Positions 1 through 8,986 of a stretch of DNA of 64,000 bases are shown here, in pieces. The notes under the pieces are model-generated. The model saw nothing but the letters and a program-made list of their open reading frames with translations, was not told the DNA's origin and ran no database searches. Both the position numbers and the translations under genes were made by a program. Position 1 is the stretch's first letter. Every line of letters starts with the position of its first letter. The DNA comes from Malacoraja senta (lineage: Eukaryota), in assembly GCA_038087875.1 (NCBI GenBank), contig JAXLNO010001170.1:1-64000 (forward strand), in the 5' to 3' direction.

Positions 1-27
1 CTCGACTCTTCGTTCAAACCGGACACC

Positions 28-787
28 ATGAGTACCTCGTGGTCCTTTTTGATAATGATGTTTGTGCTGCCCGGTAAGTCTGTGTTTAACTGCTCAGTGT
101 TCCGTCCGGGGCTCCAATTTACCGTCGGACTGGGCGGCACGGTGGCGTAACGGTAGAGCTACCGCCTCACAGCCCCAGTGACCCGGGTTCGATCCCGACT
201 ACGGGTGTTTGGCTGTACAGAGTTTGTACGTTCTCCCCGTGACCTGCGTGGGTTTTCTCCGAGATCTTTCTGTTTCTTCCCACACTCCAAAGACGTACAG
301 ATTAGTAAGTTAATTGGGGGCATGGTGTAAATGCAAAACTGTCCCTCGTGTGTGGAGCTTAGTGGTAATTTGCGGGGATCGCTGGTCGGTGTGGACACGG
401 TGGGCTGAAGGGCCTGTTTGCGCGCTGTATCTCCAAACTAAACTAAACGATTCACTCGAGTGTTATGTTCGTTCTTACAGGGACGGGCGGCGAAGAGTCC
501 GTGTCCCAGGATCCGCCGGAACAAACGGCCGTGGAAGGACAAAGCGTCACAATGAACTGCAGTTACTCTGCAGCGTTCAATGCCGTCGCGGCTTTCTGGT
601 ACATCCAATATCCCGGGGAGGCGCCAAGATATCTACTCAAGAGACTGCACACTGGGTTTGCGGACCAGTCGCCGGATTTGCCAGACAGGTTTTCCGCTGT
701 TTTTCAGAAAGATAGTAGGACGGTCCCTTTAATTATCTCCGCGGCCCTTGTTTCAGAATCGGCCGTGTACCTGTGCGCCATGACGCC
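28..787 (+). CDS. TCR V segment A1 (TRAV/TRDV-like), apparently intact
   Basis: Leader 28-73 (MSTSWSFLIMMFVLP, GTAAGT donor), intron 74-480 ending TTACAG, V exon 481-787 with C23, WYIQ and YLCAMTP, followed directly by a 23-RSS. Confidence 0.9.
132..448 (+). mobile_element. tRNA-derived SINE (V-SINE/HE1-like) in the family A intron
   Basis: A-box-like TGGCGTAACGG and B-box GGTTCGATCC at the 5' end; GGGCTGAAGGGCCTGTTT...(ACTAA)n tail. Paralogous copies at ~13166-13483, 23040-23356, 34388-34705, 46870-47185 and 56416-56732. Confidence 0.75.
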
Positions 788-863
788 CACACTGGTGCAG
801 TGAATCAACGGACCGCGACAAAAACCTTACCCGCCACTCCCGCGACCGCTCGCCAGAGGGCGC
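788..863 (+). promoter_or_regulatory. 23-RSS plus CTCF-like motif (A1)
   Basis: CACACTG 788-794, 23-nt spacer, ACAAAAACC 818-826; CGCCAGAGGGCGC 851-863. Confidence 0.9.
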
Positions 864-1081
864 GCTCACCCGGCTAAACGAAGGAGGTGCTTTTGCCAAT
901 CGGCGGAGAACAAATACGCTGTAGGTGCCTAATGTCTACAGTATATTTCCCTTTGTCTCTACAGGTTTAGCTCATCCTGTCGGGGCGGCACAGTAGGTCA
1001 GCGGTAGAGTTGCTGCCTTGTAGCGCCAGAGACTCGGGTTCGATGCTTACCTCGGGCGTTGCCTGTGTGGAGTTCACAGCT

Positions 1082-1156
1082 CACCCTGCTTGAGGGACGC
1101 AGCAGGCCCGGACAAAAACGCACGACGTGATACGGCGCGCGGCCACCAGGGGGCGC
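1082..1156 (+). promoter_or_regulatory. Orphan 23-RSS plus CTCF-like motif, no V exon
   Basis: CACCCTG 1082-1088, 23-nt spacer resembling the family E spacer, ACAAAAACG 1112-1120, CCACCAGGGGGCGC 1143-1156; fused to a truncated SINE upstream. Confidence 0.75.
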
Positions 1157-1559
1157 ACTGGCTGCTTACATAGAACCAGAGAATCAGAAGTAACAAAGTA
1201 CTTCAGAAGCCGGTTTATATCAAACATAGACACAAAGTGACCGTGCCCTCCGCATTTGTCCAATGCTCTGCACTAGTCTTTTCACTACTTCCACAGTTCA
1301 CTACTCTTGACAACACATCTCCGCAAGCCAATAATTGGCTGACCAGAGCACCACCCTGCCTGAGGTCATTTGTTGCCGGTCCGGATTTTTTTCCTGGTCT
1401 TTACTCGTCTCCGAGTAAAGTGACAGAGATGAAGATTGAGACAGGCAGAGTGAAGAGCCAGAGAGAGCAATTGATACCGATCGATCGTCACGGAGGATCC
1501 GCCGGAGTTAATTGGTAAGGAAGCACATGCAATACATAGATCATAGAACAATTCATAGA

Positions 1560-1750
1560 ACAGGCGGACTATCTTTGATCGGACTTTACTGGCTTTACCT
1601 TGCACTAAACGTTATTCCCTTATCACGTATATATACACTGTAAATGGCTCGATTGTAAACATGTATTGTCTTTCCACTGACTGGTTAGCACGCAACAAAA
1701 ACTTTTCTCTGTACCTCATTACATGTGACAATAAACTAAACTGAACTGAA
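1560..1750 (+). repeat. Interspersed repeat 3' tail (LINE 3' UTR-like, family unassigned)
   Basis: TTGCACTAAACGTTATTCCC...GTGACAATAAACTAAACTGAACTGAA; related copies at ~3960-4150, 35820-36010, 38225-38410, 58400-58595 and 60565-60750. Confidence 0.55.
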
Positions 1751-2076
1751 TACAGCACAGGAACAGGCCTTTCTGCCCACAGTGACCAAGTCAAGCATGA
1801 TACCACGTTAAACTAATATCTGTCCCTGCTCGTTATTACTGAGGTGCAGGTACTGAACAGCTGCTTCCGATCCTTCGCGTTACATTCAGCACCCATGAAG
1901 AACGTCGGTCCTATTTGCATTCAGATGACGCATGCAACGTAGATTCCTGCCCAACCAACGTGGGCTGCGAGACCAACCAACCCCGAACCAGGGTGACGCC
2001 CTCTAACTGCAACAAAAGGACACCAACCTTCAACATGCGTTGACAACATTCTCTTATCCGCCTCCAGAACAACGCC

Positions 2077-2492
2077 ATGTGTGTCCTGCTGATATTGATT
2101 CTTGTGTTTTCCGGTGGGTCTGGCTAGGGTTGCGTGCCGAGGGTTTGATTTACCTCCGGAATGCTCACAATGTTGTGCTTTGTTACAGGAGCCCGCGGCG
2201 ACGATGACGTGTCCCAGAAACCGCCGAAACTGGCGATAGACGAAGGGCAGACCGCAGAGCTGAATTTCACGTTTACCGCAGCTTACGATGGCAAAACTGC
2301 CTTCTGGTACGTCCAGCACGCAGGGGAAGCGCCGAGATATATACTGAAGAAATCAAACACATTCGATCAACGATCTCCTGATTTCCCAGACAGGTTTTCT
2401 GCCGCTTTTCTCAAAGAGAGTAGGACGGTGACTTTGAACATCGCGGGGGCTCTCCTCTCAGATTCTGCCGTGTATCTCTGTGGCATGGAGCC
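2077..2492 (+). pseudogene. TCR V segment B1, open frame but first canonical Cys replaced by Phe
   Basis: Leader 2077-2113 (MCVLLILILVFS), V exon 2189-2492. Reads LNFTF where B2 and B3 read LNCTF, and YLCGMEP where they read YLCAMEP. Confidence 0.8.
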
Positions 2493-2568
2493 CACACTGA
2501 CTCAGAGAAGCAGCGGTCCCGGACAAAAACCTGCGGAGGACATCCGACGAGATGTCACCAGAGGGCGC
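2493..2568 (+). promoter_or_regulatory. 23-RSS plus CTCF-like motif (B1)
   Basis: CACACTG 2493-2499, ACAAAAACC 2523-2531; CACCAGAGGGCGC 2556-2568. Confidence 0.9.
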
Positions 2569-3217
2569 TCTCGCTGGTCATGTGGAAGTAAGCAGATATA
2601 TCAGTTTCCTGGCATCCAAAGAAGTTGTGATTTAAACCTTCTTGTACGAGTGGAACCACGATTCTCCGAACGTTCTTTAAAATCTGAAATTGTTAAATCA
2701 TACACAATTGTAAATCCCACAAATATTTAGGTTTGACAGCACTGAAACAACAAGTGTGCCGATTATGAAAGACACCTTTGACCTTTGTTCGGTCGGTGTC
2801 TATTCCAGCTCCACGCATTTCCATTGACTCCCCATGATTCTACCACTCCTATCGACTATATCAGCACTCCACATTGTCTGGGGGGGGGGGAACAGTTAAA
2901 CCTAATGAAAATTAATTTACACGCCGGTCATTTCCTCTTCGCCCTTCTACCGCCGGGCGGAAGAAGCAAAAGCTCAAAGCAGACACCACCAGTTTCAAGA
3001 ATAGTTTCTTCTTCGCTGCTATAAATTTTTATTAATATACCTCTCTCACTTGACAAGGATTTATTTTCGATCTTCCGACCTACCTCGTTCGGCCCTTGCA
3101 TTGATCTCTGCGTTTCACACTATATTCATCACTCTGTTTCCTTTGCCTTTTTCAACTACACGGAACTGAACTATCATATCACCAACTAGAGAGCGGCCCT
3201 GAGCTGCCATAACCTCG

Positions 3218-3945
3218 AAGATAGACACAAAATGCTGGAGTAACTTAGCGGGTTAGGCTGCATCTCTGGAGAGAAGGAATGGGTGACGTTTCGGGTCGAG
3301 ACCCTTCTTCAAACTGATGTCAGGGGAGTGGGCGGGACAGGCATAGCATGCAATGGAGACTGTAAGACTGGTGGAAGAACTGGGAAGGGGGAGGGAATAG
3401 AGACAGAGTGAAAGCAAGGGCTGTTTGAAGTTAGAGAAGTCAATGTTCATATCGCTGGGGCCTAAGCTACCCAAGCGAAATATGAGGTGCTGTTCCTTCA
3501 ATTTGCGCTGGACCTCACTCTGACAATGGAGGAGGCCCAGGACAGAAAGGTCAGATTGGGAATGGGCGGGGAATTAAAGTGCTGAGCAACCAGGAGATGA
3601 GGTAGGTTGAGGCGGACTGAGCGAAGGTGTTCAGCGAAACGATCGCAAAGCCTGCGCATGGTCTCGCCGATTAACACCTGGAATAGCGGATGCAGCAGAA
3701 GTGGTTGTAGGAGGTGAAAGTGAACCTCTGGCGCACCTGCAAGGACTGTCGGGGTCCTTGGATGCAGTCGAGGGGGGGGAGAGAGAAAGGGACAGGCGTT
3801 GCATCTCCTGCTGTTGCAGGGGCAAGTACCTGGCGAGGGGGTGGTTTGGGTGGGATGGGGCGAGTTGACCAGGGAGTTGCGGAGGGAACGGTCTCTGAGG
3901 AAAGCAGTAAAGGGTGGGGATGGGAAGATGTGGCCAGTAGTGCCA
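3218..3945 (-). mobile_element. Penelope-like element 3' fragment (GIY-YIG endonuclease C-terminus plus terminal repeat)
   Basis: Minus-strand translation IGET.RRL.DRFAEHLRSVRLNLPDLPVAQHFN...KEQHLIFRLGSL is typical of Penelope GIY-YIG domains; ends in the GAAGAAGGGTCTCGACCCGAAACGTC terminal repeat. Confidence 0.8.
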
Positions 3946-4367
3946 TTTACCTCGTTGGAGCCCCTCGGATTATCTTTAATGGGACTTTTGCTGGGGGTTA
4001 CATTGCATTAAACGTTATACCCTTCACCCTGCATCTGTACACTGTACATTGCCAGCTCAATTGTAATCATGTATATTCTTTCCGCTGACTGGATAACAAG
4101 GTAAAACACTCGCCACTGCAGCGAGGGACACGTGACATTAAATTACACTAAACTAAGTATAGTTGTATAATATATGGCATGATTTGTTCAGCAGAGGACG
4201 CGAAATTACGTTTCCCACCGTATCTCGGTACCGACGACTATAATAAACCAATAACAATACCAAATACAGTCTACATGTGCTTAATAGAGGTGTAGATCCC
4301 GATCACAGGAAGGGACTTCCTTGTCTAATGCTTTACTTCCTTCTATAGGCGCAGATGGCATACTCGT

Positions 4368-4381
4368 GCTCCCTCTGGTGG
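4368..4381 (-). promoter_or_regulatory. Reverse-oriented CTCF-like motif
   Basis: Minus strand CCACCAGAGGGAGC; identical in paralogs at 38623-38636 and 60963-60976. Confidence 0.6.
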
Positions 4382-4896
4382 CGACGTACGGTCAATGTTT
4401 TTTATCCATGGGACCAATAGTTTTAACATCATAGATAACGGAGTAATAAAGAACTGCTCTGGTCGGATTGTATAATTTATGAGAGCCCAGGCTAAACTGC
4501 AACAGATTAATGATTCTTAATCTTCTCGGAAGGAATACGGTGGTAGCCTTGATGTAAGAATGGAATTTGAGCTGAAAAAAGTTGAAATGGTCCCTTTGGC
4601 CCACATTTTCCGTGCAGAATATGTTAAACTAGACTCTGGACCTGCACGTGATCCATGTCGCTCTATTCCCTGCATATCAATGTGCGTCTATTTAAGCATC
4701 TAAACGCTACTATTATATCTGCCTCCACCACCACCCCTGGAACCACAGGCACCGATCTTTTGTGTAAAAAGCTTGCCACGCACATTTTCGTCATCGGCGC
4801 ACTCACCTTAAAGCTGAATGCATTCAAGCTTTTGATATTCTCACCCTGGGTAAAAGGGTTCTAACCGAGACGAGGTGGTACTGTCTGGCATTTCGT

Positions 4897-5808
4897 TTAG
4901 AACTGTGAAGAGGATGTTAGGAGGTTGCAGGGTGACCTGGACAGGTTGAGTGAGTGGGCAGATGCGTGGCAGATGCCGTATAGTATAGATAAATGTGCGG
5001 TTATCCACTTTGGCGGCAAAAACAAGGGGGCAGATTATTATCTCAATGGGGTTAGGTTAGGTAAGGGGGAGGTACAGTGAGACCTGGGTGTCCTTGTACA
5101 CCGGTCACTGAAAGTTGGCGTGCAGGTACAGCAGGCAGTGAAGAATGCTAATGGAATGTTGGCCTTCATAACAAGAGGATTTCGGTATAGGAGTAAAGAG
5201 GTTCTTCTGTAGTTGTATAGGGCTCTGGTGAGACCACATCTGGAGTATTGTGTACAGTTTTGGTCTCCTAATTTGAGGAAGGACATCCTTGTGATTGAGG
5301 CAGTGCAGCGTAGTTTCACGAGATTGATCCCTGGGATGGCGAGACTGTCATATGAGGAAAGATTGAAAAGACGGCTTGTATCCACTGGAGTTTAGAAGGA
5401 TGAGGGGGGATCTTATAGAAACATATAAAATTATAAAAGGACTGGACAAGCTAGATGCAGGAAAAATGTTCCCAATGTTGGGCGAGTCCAGGACCAGAGG
5501 CCACAGTCTCAGAATAAAGGGGAGGTCATTTAAGACTGAGGTGAGAAAAAACGTTTTCACCCAGAGAGTTGTGAATTTATGGAATTCCCTGCCACGGAGG
5601 GCAGTGGAGGCCAACTCACTGGAGGGATTTAAGAGAGAGTTAGATAGAGCTCTTGGGGCTAGTGGAGTCAAGGGATATGGGGAGAAGGCAGGCACGGGTT
5701 ATTGATAGGGGACGATCAGCCATGATCACAATGAATGGCGGTGCTGGCTCGAAGGGCCGAATGGCCTCCTCCTGCACCTATTTTCTATGTTTCTATGTTT
5801 CTATGTTT
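4897..5808 (+). mobile_element. 5'-truncated CR1-clade LINE (RT C-terminus plus 3' UTR), degenerate
   Basis: [41 protein letters not shown]; ends in the (TTCTATGT)n tail; contains stops and frameshifts. Confidence 0.9.
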
Positions 5809-6112
5809 CAGTTTGGAGATACAGCGCGGAAACAGGCCCTTCGGCCAACTGAGTTCGCGGCGACCAGCGATCTCCGTTGACTAGTACTGTCCTAAACATG
5901 CTAGAGTCAATTTACAATTGCACCGAGCCAATTGACCTACACACCTGTACGTCTTTGGAGTGTGGGAGAAAACCGGAAATCCAGGAGAAATTCCACTCAG
6001 GTCACGGAGAAAACGTACAAATTCCGTGCAGACAAGCACCCGTATTCAGGATCGAACCCGGTTCTCTGGCGCTGTAAAGCAGCAACTGTACCGCAGCGGC
6101 ACCGTTGCACCC
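5809..6112 (-). mobile_element. SINE, minus strand
   Basis: Reverse complement of the intronic SINE (AGTTTGGAGATACAGCGCGGAAACAGGCCCTTCGG...GGATCGAACCCGG); paralogs at ~40065-40370 and 62404-62708. Confidence 0.65.
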
Positions 6113-6192
6113 TAATGGTGTGGGGATTTACGCACATATGTGGCTACATAGGTTTATTACTCCTGTTCTTGTTTCAACGGCATCAGCAGATA

Positions 6193-6339
6193 CTGCCTGA
6201 GTCACTGAGTTCTCTCGTGGGTGCCCATGTACCTTCTCGGACCGTTCCATTGACTATCACTAGAGTCCTTCTCGCCGACTCTGCCGTGCATCTCAGCGCC
6301 ATAGGGCCGAGACCGAAGCAGCGGGTCCGAACAAAGCCG
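6193..6339 (+). pseudogene. V-segment 3' relic with deleted heptamer
   Basis: Translates LPESLSS...SRTVPLTITRVLLADSAVHLSAIGP, versus SRTVPLTISAALVSDSAVYLCAMTP in intact genes; residual spacer and nonamer-like ACAAAGCCG 6331-6339; no CAC heptamer. Confidence 0.7.
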
Positions 6340-6664
6340 AACCCTGGCAGTTTAAGCGGGGGACCACCTGGGAAACCTGGGATCTCCTCTGAACATGCAT
6401 CAAATGTATTGCAAACAAGCTCCGTTCAAGCCTGTCCTCCAAAATCCTCCCGATGTTCACCAATTCTCCAATGGACGCGCGTACCCGCTTGCTTGCGGGC
6501 GTCTGCGTATGTACTTCGTCTGTGGGATTGCGACACAAAATAACGGAGATAAATAGAGTGAGGCATTGAGACGTACATGCGGACCTTAGGCCCAACAGAT
6601 CCATTCCGATCAAGATGTATTCAAGGTGTTTAGGAAGGAACTGTAGATGCTGGAACAATCGAAA

Positions 6665-6851
6665 GTAGACAGAAATGGTGGAGGAACTCAGCGGGTGTGG
6701 CAGCATCTATGGAGTGAAGGAATGGATGACGTTTCGAGTCGAGACCCTTCTTCAGACTGTCTGAAGAAGGAACTCGACCCGAAACGTCACCCATTCCCTC
6801 GCTCCATAGATGCTGCCTCACCCGCTGAGTTTCTGCAGCATTTCTGTCTAC
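6665..6851. repeat. Inverted pair of Penelope terminal repeats forming a ~92-bp-arm hairpin
   Basis: Left arm GTAGACAGAAATG...CTTCTTCAGA, loop CTG (6757-6759), right arm TCTGAAGAAGG...CATTTCTGTCTAC; paralogs at 40922-41107 and 63260-63446. Confidence 0.8.
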
Positions 6852-7614
6852 CTAAGATGTATTCAAGAGTGAGTTAGATATAGCTCGTGCTGCTAACGGA
6901 GTCAAGGATATGGGGAGAAAGCAGGAATGGGATACAAAATTTTGAGGATCAGCCGTGATAATATTATATGGCGGTGCTTGTACGAAGGGCCGAATGGCCC
7001 AATACTGCACCTATTTTCTATGTTTCTATGTTTCTATGCCTAATCGAAGGTACTCCCATGTTTCGCGTCTGGCACATATGCTTCCAAATCTTTCCTACCC
7101 ATGTGCGTATCCAAGCTTCTTTGAAATGCTGCTATAGTCCGTGCCCCAGCTACTGTACCTCATGTGGAAGCTCGTGAAAACGTTTCCCCTCAGGTTGCTA
7201 TTAAATCGTGCCGCTCCCATATTAAAACTATGTTCACTTGTTCTGGACTCCCGTACCATTGCGAAAATATTGTGTGCATTCACCATATCCACTCCTCCCG
7301 TGATCTCTTATACACTTCTTTCAGATCACCCATCAGACTCTTGCGCTCCTGCAGATAAAATCATAACTTGCCCAACGTGTCCCTATTCGTAAGGTCCTCG
7401 AGTTCTGGCAATATTTCCGACTGAAGAGTTTGGAGAAATCACAAAAACCCAAACAAGCACGCAGATCAGAAGAAAGATTGAGTGCATGAGCAAGGGAGCG
7501 AGAGAGGAAGAGTGGGAGGGTGGGGAGATAGATGGAGTGTCAGAAAGATATTCGGATAGAAAGAAGGTAGCCAACTAAACAGATAGAGCAAGAGCGTGCG
7601 ACACCCACACACCC

Positions 7615-7659
<45 letters not shown>

Positions 7660-7701
7660 CAGAGAGAGACAGAGACAGAGAGAGAGAGTAAGAGAGAGAG
7701 A
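7615..7701. repeat. Compound (GA)n microsatellite upstream of the MNTFW/MSTFW leader
   Basis: (GA)n interrupted by CA and TA units; paralogs at 19550-19607, 41873-41958 and 53170-53256. Confidence 0.9.
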
Positions 7702-7959
7702 GATATAGAGACCGAGACGGAACGAAGCGCAAGGAAAGATAGAGGTGGAACAAATTAGCTTGCGTAAAGTGAGCAGGCATGTGCTCAAATTGCATCGGTT
7801 GTGATCAACCAACCGTTCAAGAGGGGAACGCCCCTCAGTCTCCCCAACAGAAAAAAACCTGCCCCTGATTTCCGTCTCCTCTCACATGTATTGGACAACG
7901 CGAGACATGAACACAGTCGATCATTTCTGCCTTACAGAGCTGTTTATAACCTACAGGCC

Positions 7960-8004
7960 ATGAACACCTTCTGGTCTATACTGATGATAATTTTCGTACT
8001 TCCT
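7960..8004 (+). pseudogene. Orphan leader exon (MNTFWSILMIIFVLP) with splice donor deleted
   Basis: Homologous to the leader at 19854-19899 but reads CTTCCTATGTT where functional copies read TTTCCAGGTGAGC[T/C]TATGTT. Confidence 0.8.
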
Positions 8005-8986
8005 ATGTTTCAATGGTTCCGAAGCGGAAAGTGTCTTTGATACAATGACATATTGCTCACAGGTTCTTTGAGTCTCTGTTGCAATTTTCCGCGAGCGAAA
8101 CGTGTCTTTGATACAGGCGCGACAGCCATCCCAAACTCTAGATATTTTTCCGTGATGCTTTCCTTCCAGCCAGGGGTCTCTTTCTATTGTCCTCCCCATT
8201 GGATCTCGCAAGGCAGCCTCCCATGAAGACAAGGGCTTGGAGAGAACGTTGCACTCCGATGGTGACCTCCGTCGTTTTGTCACCCAGTTTCTGCAACTGG
8301 CGAAACGCTGGTTTGCTTTGCGATTGGTGATAACCGGTCTGTCCAAGTGCGGAAACTGACACGCTGAACGCTCGCAAGTGAGTTCTGATATCTCCGGGAA
8401 CACCGCGGTACATCTCCAAAGAAATTCAAAAGTAAAGGAGGCGGGGAGGTTATTGAGGGGCGTCGGGAGCCAGACAGACAGACAGAAGGTCAGACGCGCG
8501 AGATCAACCATTGCACGCAAATGAACTCCGTTTTCCCAACTTACTTAACAGTTTATTGACTTTTCACTCACATCCTCGCAGTTTGGCCCCTTACACATAG
8601 CACTTTCAGCTGCTCGTCTCCCGGGTAACTTTTCCTCCATGTTTTCTCCCCACGATCTGATCATACACTTGTGACAAGTCATGGCGAAAGGCATTACAAC
8701 AGTACTCGGTGAAAATAATTCAACGATGTTCAAAACCCACAGAATGGTGTTGAACAGTCGGTAGAAGCTTTACATTATCTGAAGAGTGTCGCTGCACCTC
8801 CCCCTCCCCCCACCTCGTGGTGGGCGGGTCTTAAGGAAACGGGCTCACATTGCGTGGATTATGACAACCCATCCAATCGGCGTCAGATGCACGCCACATT
8901 GCTTTCTAAAGACATCAGCATCTGTCGTCCGATATCAGATGCGGGGCAGCGAGATCTTGAAAACAACTAATTCTTCTCTGTTTGCC

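Noticed and set aside
132-215. tRNA gene
   Set aside because: Only the A/B-box head of a SINE; it continues into SINE body and tail with no full cloverleaf.
4382-4440. Inverted V or RSS associated with the reverse CTCF motif (TGTTTTTTAT looks nonamer-like)
   Set aside because: Spacing to the motif is 16 nt rather than 23-26, there is no heptamer 23 nt further on, and no V sequence.
5932-6543. 203-aa ORF repeated three times as a novel gene
   Set aside because: Read-through of an antisense SINE into the V relic; conservation reflects segmental duplication.
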